Shown here piece by piece: positions 1 to 11,144 of a DNA stretch of 35,529 nucleotides; position 1 is the stretch's first letter; each line of letters starts with the position of its first letter. The stretch is from Ministeria vibrans ATCC 50519 (Eukaryota; Protista; Filasterea): positions 1-35,529 of the forward strand of contig CALSCP010001344.1 of assembly GCA_943704425.1 (NCBI GenBank). Direction: 5' to 3'. Made by a program: the position numbers and the translations under genes. The notes below the pieces were generated by a model, which worked only from the letters and a program-made list of their open reading frames with translations, was not told the origin of the DNA and ran no database searches.

Positions 1-47
<47 letters not shown>

Positions 48-198
48 GACAGAGAGAGACAGAGAAGAGACAGAGAGAGACAGAGAGAGACAGAGAGAGA
101 CAGAGAGAGACAGAGAGAGACAGAGAGAGAGGGAGAAAGAAACAAAGTGATAGAGAGAAGAGGGAGAAAGAAACAAAGTGATAGAGAGAGAGAGAGAG
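1..198. repeat. (AG)n / (AGAGAGAGAC)n microsatellite with AAACAAAGTGAT units
   Basis: Directly visible; the same AAACAAAGTGAT(AG)n unit recurs at ~6620-6700 (reverse), 25240-25430 and 32575-32640. Confidence 0.95.
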
Positions 199-271
199 TG
201 AGCGGACGAGTACGGAGAATATAATTATGCGTGTAATGCACTGCAAAAAGAGAAGAAAAAAGAAGCTTGTA

Positions 272-710
272 CCGCTGCCGATGAAGTATAGCCAAAATAG
301 GCAATACAAAGAGCTGCGTCTGCACTTGCGTTGGAGTCAATCGCGCATGTTGCCTGGCCGCTGAGCATTGGCGTGACAGGAGCACCCATGACGACTGGAG
401 AGGAGAAGAGCGAAAAAGTGTTATAATTTCCAAAGAACACCCTCTCATCATCGAGAAGGTATGGGCACACGAGAAGGCCACACGGTCGCTTAGAAATGAG
501 TAGTATCGTGTTGAGCAGGCCGAGGGCATGGCGATAGAGAGCTGTTTCGCGCGCGAAGAAGGCAAAACCGCAAAAAGTACATGGAACGAGTTAAACGCGA
601 CACAAGAGGAACGGGCACCTCAAACAGGAGACAGGCAATTGCGTGGGTGGCTGTGCTGGTGTATCAGACACAAAGATGGGTTCGGAACAACGAGTGAGAC
701 CACAAGAGGA

Positions 711-743
<33 letters not shown>

Positions 744-982
744 GACAACGGCAAATGTCTTTGAGCGATTCGACTCGTGGAGCACGACAGGTACCACAGA
801 AGCAAGGGGGAGAGGAGAGGGGTTGCATGGAAAGAGTCGAAGGCGTACCCGAAAGACCAACGATGGTCAGAAGGACGATTCTCATTGGCAAAGGTTCCTC
901 TGTGGAATGTGAGTGCTCTGCAGAGGAGTCGCACCGTCCGACGGGTCGTCAAGAGTGCAAGAAAAGAAAAGTGACAAGTCAC
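272..982 (-). CDS. possible exons of an unidentified gene
   Basis: There is an open stretch LYRHALGLLNTILL...CIAYFGYTSSAA between an acceptor-like AAACAG (~541) and a donor-like GTACAA (~271). No domain was recognised and the structure is uncertain. Confidence 0.25.
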
Positions 983-1377
983 TGGTCACAAGTGAGGGTG
1001 GTGACTATGGTGAGAGACTGTCAGTAAAGTATGACAAAACTCAAGAAAGTTTGGATGAGAGATAGTCAGAAGATGACTCTATTAAAGAAGATGACTCTAT
1101 TAAAATACGAACCAATTTAAGATAATAAAAGGTTTACTTTCATTACAGTCATGGCTTTTTCTTCTTCAAATTTATTCAAACTTTCCCCCAGATATACAGA
1201 AAGAAACAACCAACTTTGAATGGAGCAAAAAAACAAACATCAACAAACGTTCTTTATCTATATACATTAATTGTACATTTATAAGCTCTTCACTGCTGCA
1301 TGCGCCTGAACTGCACTTTACCGTGCTCTCTTCATGCTCCTCTGTGTCATGAACACGCCGCGAAAAAAAAAATTAAC

Positions 1378-4300
1378 TTACACTTGACAAGAAAAGTCGA
1401 GGGAATGAACGGAGTGCACAATAGCACCGCTCGCAAGTGAGGCGGATGCCGAGTATGAAAGCGATCCGGCGACAGTGGGTACAAAGGAGAGCGAATGAGT
1501 GGCCGGCAGAGGAGTGGACGGGAGGAAGCAATGGACGGGAGTGCCCAGGAGTAAAGGTTGGGAGGCAGGGTCGTCGCTTGGAGGCGAGTAGATTGCGAGG
1601 GAGACTTGGACTGGCTCGTCGAGGGCTGCGCTTGACAGTGCTTGGCCCACACGGTGCAGTGTGGCCGAGATGGTAGTAGTAGATCCAAGGTGGAGACGGA
1701 AGGAGTCGTCGGATGCAGAGAGAGACAGTGTGAAACGATCGGGTGTGACAAAGTCTAGTTGTGCTCGTGAGAGGAGCCAATCGGGAGCGATAGGACACAC
1801 GCTTCCGTGGCGTCTACTCGGTTCTTTTGAGAGCCGAGACCAGTCGACGGAGATCATTTGAGCAAGACTGCGTGTGTACCAGCGAAGCGAACGCCACCAC
1901 TGTCGATCGGTGGCACTGAGAGAACGCAATTCGTCGGTGAGTACAAACTGAGTGGTGGACTCGCACGAAGGTTCGCTTGCAAGCTGATCCGAATCGAGTT
2001 CAAAGCAAGGGACACTGATGCACACCAAGTGGTGTGCAAGGGGGCCAAGTTGAAATGGAGCAGTGGCAGGGGTGGTGTGGATGTTTGGCGTGAGCTCGTA
2101 CGCGTGCTCCTTGTCCGTGCTGGTGCAAGTAAACTTGAGAAGAAAGTGAGTCCGTTGGGCGGCAGCAGAGGAGTGACTTGAAGAGTGTTCTCGCGGAGGC
2201 AGAGAGAGGGAGATGTCGGAGAAACGCAAGTGTTGACGAGTGGCAAGGGGCAACGTGAAAGAGTGCGAGCGAGTAAGAGCGGAATTGGAGCCGGAGTAGG
2301 TACACACAAGTGACGGAGACGCTGCGTCGATGAGGGGAGAGATGGGAACGGGAGCGATAATAGAGAGCGAGATGGTGTGTTGTTCCTGAGGTACGAGTGG
2401 AAGAAACGACGCCAGGTCAGGCCAGACACAGCGGTAACCGGCGGAGGATGGGGGTGAGAACGCAAGAGACTCGATGGGAGAGGCGCCTGAGTTGCTGAGG
2501 GTGACCTGAAGCGATGTGTGTTCGCCTGCGTCAAGAGTGACAGAAGCAAGAGTTGCCGAGGTGTCAATGTGAAGGAGTGGAAGGGGCTCGACGACGGTAA
2601 CACTGACGGTGGTGGGTAAGGGTAGACTGGAAAAGACGCCAAAGCGGCGTACACGGACACCACGGATGAGAAGGAGCCCGGTTCGCGTGGGCACGACATG
2701 TAACGCCAACGTGGTGCGCGTGGCGGACGCAAGCAGATGACGGAGGGGACGCGACTCGGTAAGAATGGAAGTATCGTCGTCGTCGCCGTCGAGCAGGAGC
2801 GAAATGCGATCAAGGCGCACGTCAAATTCAGTTGCATTACGCAGACCAATGTGAACGACGGCCGCCTCATGCTGGATCCAGACGGGCCCATTCTTGTCGG
2901 GTGCCGCTGATGACGACGAGAGCGACGAGAAGATGAAGGGTGACAGGGAACTGGTAAGTCCACTTGTGAGTGTAGGAGGATCACAAATAAGTTGGGGGCG
3001 CACAAAGAGAAGAGCGGGCAGCAGCACGAGGGTCTTGGTAGTGTCGGCGTACGCAGCAAAAGTGTCTAGACGCTTGGGCTTTGCAGGCAATTTCTCGTCT
3101 GTCGCGGTGGAGAGGGTATCGACGAGAGAGTCATACGGGGGACGCGTGAGAGTATCGATAGCGTTGGTAAGGAAAGTGTAGTCGCTGGCACTAAGAGCAT
3201 AGTGAAGACGCTGGAGGAGAAAGGAGAGAGCAGCAATGACGACGGGAATGTTGGCGGCATGGTGGGCAAGACCAGCAACATCACGCAGGAGCTGGGCCTG
3301 GAGAATGGGCCAGGCAAGGGGACGACGCCAACGGCCGAGGAAGCGGTCGTTCTCGAGAGTGGACGGCGACATTGACGACCAGATGCCGTCGAGAGACAGA
3401 GTGGGCAGGTGAACAGCGGGCAGGGTGTCGAGAAGGAGACGAAGGGACTGGCGGGCGGCCATAAGAGAGATGTATCGCGTTGTGGTGGACGAGGAGAGCG
3501 AGAGACGACTGTCAACAAGAATGTCATCCGAAGAATTGCTGTTGGGTGCGGAAGCAACACTGAGAGCGGAGGCATCTTGCCAGTGGAGCGTCGCTGCCAT
3601 GAAGGTGAAGAGGGCGGCCTTGCGAGCATGGTTCAGCTGACGGAAGAGGTCGCCCATGACCCGGTAAAGATGGACGCGGTCCGACGAGACAAGAGTGGTC
3701 GGGAGTGAGAGCGATGCGATGCATGAGAGAGCCTCGATAGCCTGTTCGCGGCGACCAGCGTCGATGAGGAGGCGAGTGAGACGCACACGCGCTTCGAGCT
3801 GAGCACAGCCACACGCAGTGACGTTGAGGGACTCGGCCTCGTGAAAGAGAGCGTATGCAGAGGAGTGCAAGTCAACGAGGCTGTCAATGGTAGCAGATGC
3901 GGTCGGTGCTTGGGGAGCAATGAAAGGTCGCTGATCGGGTGAGACGCGGGTGGAGAGAGCAAGCAGGGTGCCGCGGGACTCGGTGACGAGCGCCGCAGTG
4001 AGTGGGTCGTGTGCCTGACGTGCTCGGGTGGCCGCCAAGTCGTAGTGGTGCATGGCTGCCTGGGGCTGGTCTATGAGCACAGCTAGATCACCGATGCGTC
4101 GGTCAAGGCGTGCTGGAAGCAACCGGCGCAAAAGGGTCGCGGATGAGGAAGACGGAGGTGGAGGCTCGAGTGAGCGTTGCGTGTGCTGCTGCACAAGCTC
4201 GGTGTCGACGAGAAGGCCGTCTGGAAGACGTGCTGGGATTTGTCGGGCGAGAATATCACGTGCGACAATGGCAGAACGACACTGGTCGACGAGTTCGGAG

Positions 4301-4984
4301 AGGAGTGCAACGGCGACGTCGTTGAGGATGCTTGAGAGGAAGAACGCGGTGTGAGTGTCACCTTGCGAGCTCGGAACGATGGTGACGTTGGCGGCCGCAG
4401 CTCCTTCCAATCCGTCGCCTCCAACACGCTCCAACAGACTGTGTGGTGTGTCGAGTGCAAGCAGGCGTGTTGCCAACGGCCGTGGATGGAGAGCATCGGT
4501 GACGAAGCGCTCAAGCTGTTGCTGTGCGTCCTCCCAAGAACCCGACATGGAAGAGGCGTCCAGCAGGCCAATGACAGCTAGCGGGCGGCGAGCAGGGGCA
4601 ACAATGGAGACACGCGGAGTACGAAGGACTCTCGGGCGGCGTTCGGGAGGTGTGGAGGTGATGGCGGAGGCAAGCGCTGGTACGAAATGCAAATCGAGAA
4701 CGGCGCGCGTACCAAGCCGATAGGGCGCAAAGGGCGCCGGTAGCGAGTCGCAGAGGGTAGCAGGTAGCACTTGGTCGGCCAAGCGGACGCGTCGGTTCGC
4801 AGGTCGATCGATAAGACAGACATATTCGTCAAACGTTGCAAGGGCAATCTTGTCAAGGCCCACAAGTAAAACAACGATTTCTAACGGTTGGAAACAGGTG
4901 CGTGCATGTGAGCGGACGGGGCTGAGAGCGTAAGGGGGGGGGGGCGGTACCTTTGTCGCTGCCTATCTGACGAGTGAGGTCCAT
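1378..4984 (-). CDS. TRAPPC9: TRAPP II complex subunit TRAPPC9/Trs120-like
   Basis: Exons 4984-4951 (MDLTRQIGSDK) and 4880-1378, with a 70-nt GT-AG intron in frame. Trs120-like motifs: IVVLLVG..F..Y, RLDRRIGDLAVL...AMHHY...DPLTAAL, ARKAALF, WPILQ, SPFIFS, VWIQHE...LRNATEF. Confidence 0.85.
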
Positions 4985-5263
4985 CTCATGGAAGCGCGTG
5001 AGGTATCCCAAATGAACCGTGGAACAAGCGTGACTGCGTGAGGGGTGCAATGCTCTGAATTGACCAGTGGGGTGAATTCTATGATAAGCAAACAATAATA
5101 ATTAATATTGTTGCCATTCCTTCAGGTCATTCAGTTGATCAGTCAGCGGGATTGGGAACCATTCCTAATAACTAATATTATTGATTACTTGGCATTTTTG
5201 TTTGGCTTTCTTGTTTACGTCTCACTGTTGCTTTGAGCTCCTGTTTGACTTGCTCCATCCGCA

Positions 5264-6039
5264 ATGGGCTTCAAATACTACCTGTGGGACCCGTGGCTGA
5301 TCATTTCGCAGGTTTGACCGTCGGCTCTTGCGCTTTGCGCTGACACCCGCGCACTCTTAGATTGTGGCAGTGCAGACGTCGTTCTATCTGGTGTTGGGGA
5401 TGACGGTTGCTGTGGTCTCGACGCTGCTTGGCGGGGCGGTTGGACTCGACCAGCTTGTGGGCGAACGCATGATCTACCGCCACGCCAGCATTGCCTGGTC
5501 GCTGGTCGCGTGCCATGCCGTCGCATCCATTTGTGGGTACGTCTGGGGGGGGGTTATGTGTTCTTTCTGGGCTCTTTGTCGCCAGTTAGACTGCAGAGAC
5601 TGCAAAAACTTGTCATTTTTATGTTTTCATGGCACGTCAATTGACAACGTTCTCATATTAATTACATTATTATTATGATGAGCTCTCGCTTATTTTCTTC
5701 CTTTTTTTTCTTATTATGATGTTTAGAGCAATGACGCTGTTTTTGATTGTTGGGCGTGCCAAGCAATGTTTGGACTTCTCCGTGACGGCCCAGGTGATTC
5801 ACTTGCTCCTGAGCTGTCTCTACACCGGCTTTCCCACATCATGGCTATGGTGGGTGCTCTCCGTGACGGACGCCGTCATCATGACCGTCCTTGGCGAGAC
5901 CCTTTGCATGCGTCTTGACTTGTCGGACATTCCCTTGCTGTCTACCTCACTGGGCGCATCGTCTTCCTCCTCCTCCTCCTCCTCGTCTTCCGCTGCTCCA
6001 ACCGCATCGTCAACATCGCCCTCCACTGCAACCTCCTGA
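5264..6039 (+). CDS. SYS1: SYS1 Golgi integral membrane trafficking protein
   Basis: Exons 5264-5311, 5361-5536 and 5727-6039. Motifs WDPWLIISQIVAVQ, IVGRAKQCLDF, FPTSWLWW and LGETLCMRLDLSDIPL match the Sys1 family. Confidence 0.92.
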
Positions 6040-6143
6040 TCATGAGTGACTTTCCTTGTACCGTAATAATAATTATGATTGCTATATCTTTGCTTTGCTT
6101 TGTAAACATAAAAATATACGTCTTGATATTGAATTTTAATGTG

Positions 6144-6507
6144 TTACATGCGCCAAATGCGGAGGAGTTTGTCCTTACTGCCACTGACGACAGACTCGCC
6201 ATTAGGGCTCCAGTCAACCGTGTACACCTGAAACAGTGAGTGAGTGACAAAGAGTCATTGTGCGTGAGTGAGTGAGTGAGTAAGTGACAGTGATAACAAG
6301 TATGTGAGCGGGAGTGGATATTGGTGCGTCAACGAGTGAGCAAATGAGTGCATTATGTGGATTCGAATATATGTGTGTGCGTGTTCTGACCTCATCTGCG
6401 TGTCCTGGCAGATTGTTCTTGAGCGCCTTGTGCTTGACATCCCACACTTTCATTGTACTATCTTTGCTTCCAGACACCAACAGTCGCGAATCAGCTGACC
6501 AGCACAC
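6144..6507 (-). CDS. NLE1: Notchless/Rsa4 WD40 protein, last two exons only (5' part missing)
   Basis: Exons 6507-6391 and 6227-6144 read VCWSADSRLLVSGSKDSTMKVWD...LPGHADEV|YTVDWSPNGESVVSGSKDKLLRIWRM*, the characteristic NLE1 C-terminus. Confidence 0.85.
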
Positions 6508-6559
6508 CTGTTAATATCAGGTGTCAGTACATTTCACCTCTCAAATTGTTATTGTTTTG

Positions 6560-6808
<249 letters not shown>

Positions 6809-6822
6809 CATCTTTTTTGTAG

Positions 6823-7533
6823 GTCCATGCGTGGACGTGGATCTTCCATCTGTGCGTCTGGGGCAGCATTGTGTCGACTTTTGTCTACATTCTCTTCTAT
6901 CAGTCCATTTTTCCGTCGAGCAACTCCACGTATGGTGCGTGGCGTGAGATCTTCCCTGAGGGTGTCTTCTGGCTGTCAGTTCTTCTGAGCGTCGTCACTG
7001 CACTGCTCCCTTTCTACGTGATGCGTCTATGGTCGGCCGTACGCCACCCAGACACGTCTCAGCTCATCCGAGAGATGGTCAAGACGCAACAGCCGCCCTT
7101 CGACGCGCCACACGGCAATGGCCAGACCACGCCCCACTCACGCGTTACAGGCGGCACACACGGCGGTCACCCGACCCTCCATGCCATGGCCGAGCCTCCC
7201 TCGTCCCCTTCGTCTGACACGCGCGACTCCACTCACCACGGCTATGCGTTTGCCCACTCGCGCGGCTGGGGTCGTCTCATCTTGCGTGGACTCGGCCTCC
7301 ACCGTAGCGGCGGGGGCCAACGCCGTCGCTCCAGCACGCACCAGCAACACTTGGGGGACGAGTCAACGGCCGCCAACCCGCTCGGTCAGCTTTCGTCGCA
7401 CACGCCCGCCACGACCGTCGAGGCCGAGCTTAAGACCATTACCATGGACAATCTAAGCAAGGCGACGCAGATTGAGGTTGAGGAGGAGGTCCCCATCAAT
7501 CCACTTGTGCCCTCCATCGTCACAGCAATGTAA
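6823..7533 (+). CDS. P4-ATPase phospholipid flippase (ATP8/Drs2-like), terminal exon only
   Basis: After the acceptor TGTAG (6822) the frame reads VHAWTWIFHLCVWGSI...FWLSVLLSVVTALLP, the final TM helices. The tail motif GYAFAHSRGWGRLI resembles the ATP8 autoinhibitory GYAFS motif. Confidence 0.85.
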   Translation, partial: VHAWTWIFHLCVWGSIVSTFVYILFYQSIFPSSNSTYGAWREIFPEGVFWLSVLLSVVTALLPFYVMRLWSAVRHPDTSQLIREMVKTQQPPFDAPHGNGQTTPHSRVTGGTHGGHPTLHAMAEPPSSPSSDTRDSTHHGYAFAHSRGWGRLILRGLGLHRSGGGQRRRSSTHQQHLGDESTAANPLGQLSSHTPATTVEAELKTITMDNLSKATQIEVEEEVPINPLVPSIVTAM

Positions 7534-7537
7534 CAAC

Positions 7538-7907
7538 GAAATTATTTCTTCTTTTGGTTCTGATTGTAACATTGTGCATTATAAACGAGTACTGCTACTG
7601 GCTGGCCTTGTAATCGTCCTCCTGCTGGCTCTTGAAGTTGTTCTCGTTGTAGTCTGCGCCTCTGAGGAAATTATTTCTCTGATGTTAACATTGAGCATTA
7701 TAAACGAGTACTGCTCTTGGCATCGGCCTCCTGCTGGCTCTTGAAGTGGTTCTCGTTGTAGTCTGCACCCCTGAGGAAATTATTTCTTCTATTGGTTCTG
7801 ATTGTAACATTGTGCATTATAAACGAGTACTGCTACTGGCTGGCCTTGGCATCGGCCTCCTGCTGGCTCTTGAAGTTGTTCTCGTTGTAGTCTGCGCCCC
7901 TGAGGAA
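7538..7907. repeat. three tandem imperfect copies (~130/110/130 bp) of the LIM gene 3' end
   Basis: The unit gaaattatttc...cattataaacgagtactgct...gctcttgaag.gttctcgttgtagtctgc..ctgaggaa starts at 7538, 7667 and 7777. Confidence 0.92.
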
Positions 7908-9023
7908 CGCCTGCGTGTAGTGGGGCTTACAGTAGAAGTCGGTGCCAAGACTAGCAAACTCGGCGAGCTTAAGCACCGCCTGGCAAGTGGTACAGCGGAA
8001 GCACGTCTTGTGGTACGGCGTGCCGTTGGCGACCACCTGCTCCTGCGGATACGCTGTCTTGGAGCACTTTCCGCACTTGTTCGACTGGAACATTTGAGTA
8101 GCATCTGCTTTAGGCGCCTGAAAATGAGTCGGTGAGGAGAGTATACAGTGAGAAATATTGTGACAGAATCACGCATACAAGTGGTACCTTTTTTCCGCCC
8201 TTTTTCACTCTGGGACCAGTGCACAGCTTGATTTCCTTTCGTGTGTAGTTCTCAATTGATGAATCGTCAATTTCCGTCTTGAGCAGTTTCACAATTGTGT
8301 CATCATTAAATCCTAAAAGAGAATGTGACAAACGCGAAACAGCGAAACACGCGACAAACAATCAACAATCAAACACACATTTCACACAAATTATAATAAT
8401 AAAAAACGTATCACTTCACATTTGCAAAGCCCATTACGTACTCTGCATCAGCAAATGGCCCTCATAGACTACCACTTTGTGCTTCTTCGCCGTAATCAGA
8501 GTGCCTGACAGCGCCTCCATAATATCCTCCGTCTCCTTGAACAGCTCTCCAAACGCAATCTCATAGTGTCCTTCGCTTCCTTCCACCCGCTTCCCTTTCT
8601 CCACAATCACCCCAATCAGCTTGCGGATTTCCTGGTCCACCCACTTTGCAGCTGCGCGCGCCCGCTCGTCTGCCTTGGACAGCGGCTGGTCGTCGTTGAG
8701 TCCTTCGTCGTCTGACAGCGTAAACTCCCTTTGCACCGTCTCGCTTGTCTTCTTGCTGCCCTCTTCTGCCGCCTTTCGTTTCCTCTCTGCTTCCTCTTCC
8801 CCCTCTTTTGTTGCCTTCTCTTTCGCCCGCTTTGCCTCTTCTTCCTTAGCCATCTTCTTCTTCTTCGCCTCTTCTTCTTCAGCCATCTTCTTCTTCTTCG
8901 CCTCCGCCTCCGCCTTTCGCTTCTTCTCTTCCTCTGCACGCTTTCGCGCTGCCGCCTCCTCCTCGGCCTTCATCATCTTCTTCTTCCTCTCTTCTTCTTT
9001 TTCTTCTTCTTCCGCCTTTCGCT

Positions 9024-9059
<36 letters not shown>

Positions 9060-9616
9060 CCTCTTGAGCACGCTCCTTCTTCATCTTCTCTTCCGCTTCC
9101 GCCTGCTCCTCCGCCCGTCTCTTCGCCTCTTCTTCTTCCGCCTTGCGCCTCTTTGCGTCTTCCGCTGCCGCTGCCCCTGCTGCGTCCCCTCCAGCCCCGT
9201 CCGCCCGTCCTTCCCGTTCGATCCTTCCGTCCTGTGGTTTGTCGTTCGATTCCGCATCCTGCGCCGCACCCGCCTCTTCTTCCCCTTCTGCCGCATCGGA
9301 CGCCGTTTCTGCACCCGTGCCAGGCGTTGGAGTGCATTCCGAGTCCTCCTTTGGCCCTATCAACGAAACGTGTTTCAAAAGCGTGGGCTCACTTTTTGGA
9401 ATCGACGCGGGCANNNNNNNNNNTTTTTTTTTTTTTTTTTTGACGTTTACGAATCACACCGGAAACCGCATCGGCCTTTTCGACGCTTGGTTGGGAGGGA
9501 GGGAGCTTGTCGGCGGCGCCGGTTGCAATGGCGGGGGTCTCCGGCGGAACCGATGTGTCCAAAGTGGTCTTTGGGTCTGCAGTGACTTTTGCTGCTTTGC
9601 TATTCTTTGAACCCAT
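7833..9616 (-). CDS. Costars + LIM domain protein with N-terminal myristoylation motif and E/K/A-rich helical linker
   Basis: Starts MGSKNSK at 9616. Costars WVDQEIRKLI...IAFGELF...EALSGTLITAKKHKVVVYEGHLLMQ|RFNDDTIVKLL is spliced at 8442/8312. Exon 8117-7833 then encodes the LIM domain (CGKC...YHKTCFRCTTC...YCKPH). Linkage of the first exon crosses an N gap. Confidence 0.82.
9414..9423. other. assembly gap (10 N)
   Basis: Ns in the sequence next to poly-T. Confidence 1.
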
Positions 9617-10000
9617 GGCAGCTGTCAAGGGAGGGTGCGAGAGCAAGTGGGGTGGGAGTAGTGGTGGTGTGTAAGTGGGGGGTGAAGTTGAAAAGAAACC
9701 AAGGTCGAGAAAAAAGAAATTAAGTGAGAACTGAGAACTGACAACTGAGAGTGATAAAGATAATTATTAAGATAAGATACAAATCGAATCATGAGATCTG
9801 TCGAATTCAAACAGACATAGATTATCATTTTGCTTCATCGAAGTGAGGAAAGAGCAAGAAAACATGAAGTGAAGGCTGAGGAGCCGATGGCCCGCCATTC
9901 GTTGTTTCAGAATGAGTACGTCAATGATCCATCAGTTTTCACTTTTCAGTTCACTTTGTTTCAACTTTACAACATCTCTGCCTAATATCCCTCCGCTGCC

Positions 10001-11038
10001 ATGTCTATTGCCGCTGCAGCGACTTCTGCCGCTGCGTCGGCGTCGCGAGCGGCCGTTTCGGCGGGACTCCGTTTTATCGACACGCACTCTCACCCCAACC
10101 GCTGCTCACACGCACCCCGGTACGCCGAGGCGAGTGATGCTACTCTGAGGGCTGTGGCGTTGCGTGGTCTGGTCCCCGCCGAATCCCAGCTTGACGCCTA
10201 CATTGCGGTCTTTTGCGAGGCGGAGAGTGTCGTCGAGTCGAGCAACGCAATGCACTACAGCCACTACCACAGCGACCGCATGTTCTTCACTGTCGGCTGC
10301 CACCCCCACACAGCCTCAACCTACGACGCCGCGTATGAAGAAGCCATTCGCCAGGGTAAGATATGCTGTTTGTTATGCAATCTGTCGACTGCTCTGTTAT
10401 GAAACCTGTTATGAAACCTGTTGACTGACCTGCGACGCTCTTGAAGCCGCACAGCACCCTCGATGCGTGGCCATTGGTGAGGCAGGTTTGGATTACTTCA
10501 GAGATAACTCACCGCGCGACGTAAGTTGGGAGTTGTGTCGCAGAGTTTGTGCACTCACTTTGCCACTATAATGCAGGTGCAACTTAGCGTCTTTGAGCGC
10601 CAAATTGAATTGGCAGTGGAACTTTGCAAGCCTCTGGTGATCCATTCACGAGACGCCGATGATGATATGCTGAATGTGATGCGTCGATGTTTGCCCTCTG
10701 ATCACCTCATTCACCTGCACTGTTTCACATCGCAATCTGCTGACTTTGCCGCCGCACTTCTCCGCGAGTTTCCCCGACTGAAAATTGGATTTACCGGTCT
10801 CATCACGTACAAAAGCGCACGTGGTGTGCAAGACATTGTTCGCAACACCATTCCACTTGAGAGACTGCTCAGCGAGACGGATGCTCCCTACATGACCCCT
10901 GAGCCGCTCAGGAAGGTGCGCGCCGACTCCGGGCACGTCGCACTCGTCGCCAGTCGCATTGCAGTGCTCAAGGGCGTCCCTCTCGCCGCTGCAGTCCGTG
11001 TGCTGCGTGACAATGCACGTGAAATCTATGGAATTTGA
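10001..11038 (+). CDS. TatD-family deoxyribonuclease
   Basis: Exons 10001-10355, 10447-10520 and 10577-11038. Motifs FIDTHSH, VGCHPH, AIGEAGLDY, PLVIHSR, HLHCF and LSETDAPY are present. Confidence 0.93.
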
Positions 11039-11144
11039 GAAAATTCAAACATACACTGACGGCTTGGAGGCACAAAAGAATTTGGACAGTCCAAGTATGA
11101 AATGTTGTAGACAGTCAAAAAATAAAACAATATATTTCATCTCT

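Noticed and set aside
1854-3059. 401-aa alternative-frame ORF and other long overlapping or antisense ORFs (8731-9585, 11441-12466, 17971-18735, 19405-20178)
   Set aside because: These are shadow ORFs of GC-rich real genes with no recognisable motifs.
7472-8135. Hydrophobic plus-strand ORFs suggesting membrane peptides
   Set aside because: They are antisense to the LIM exon and its tandem copies.
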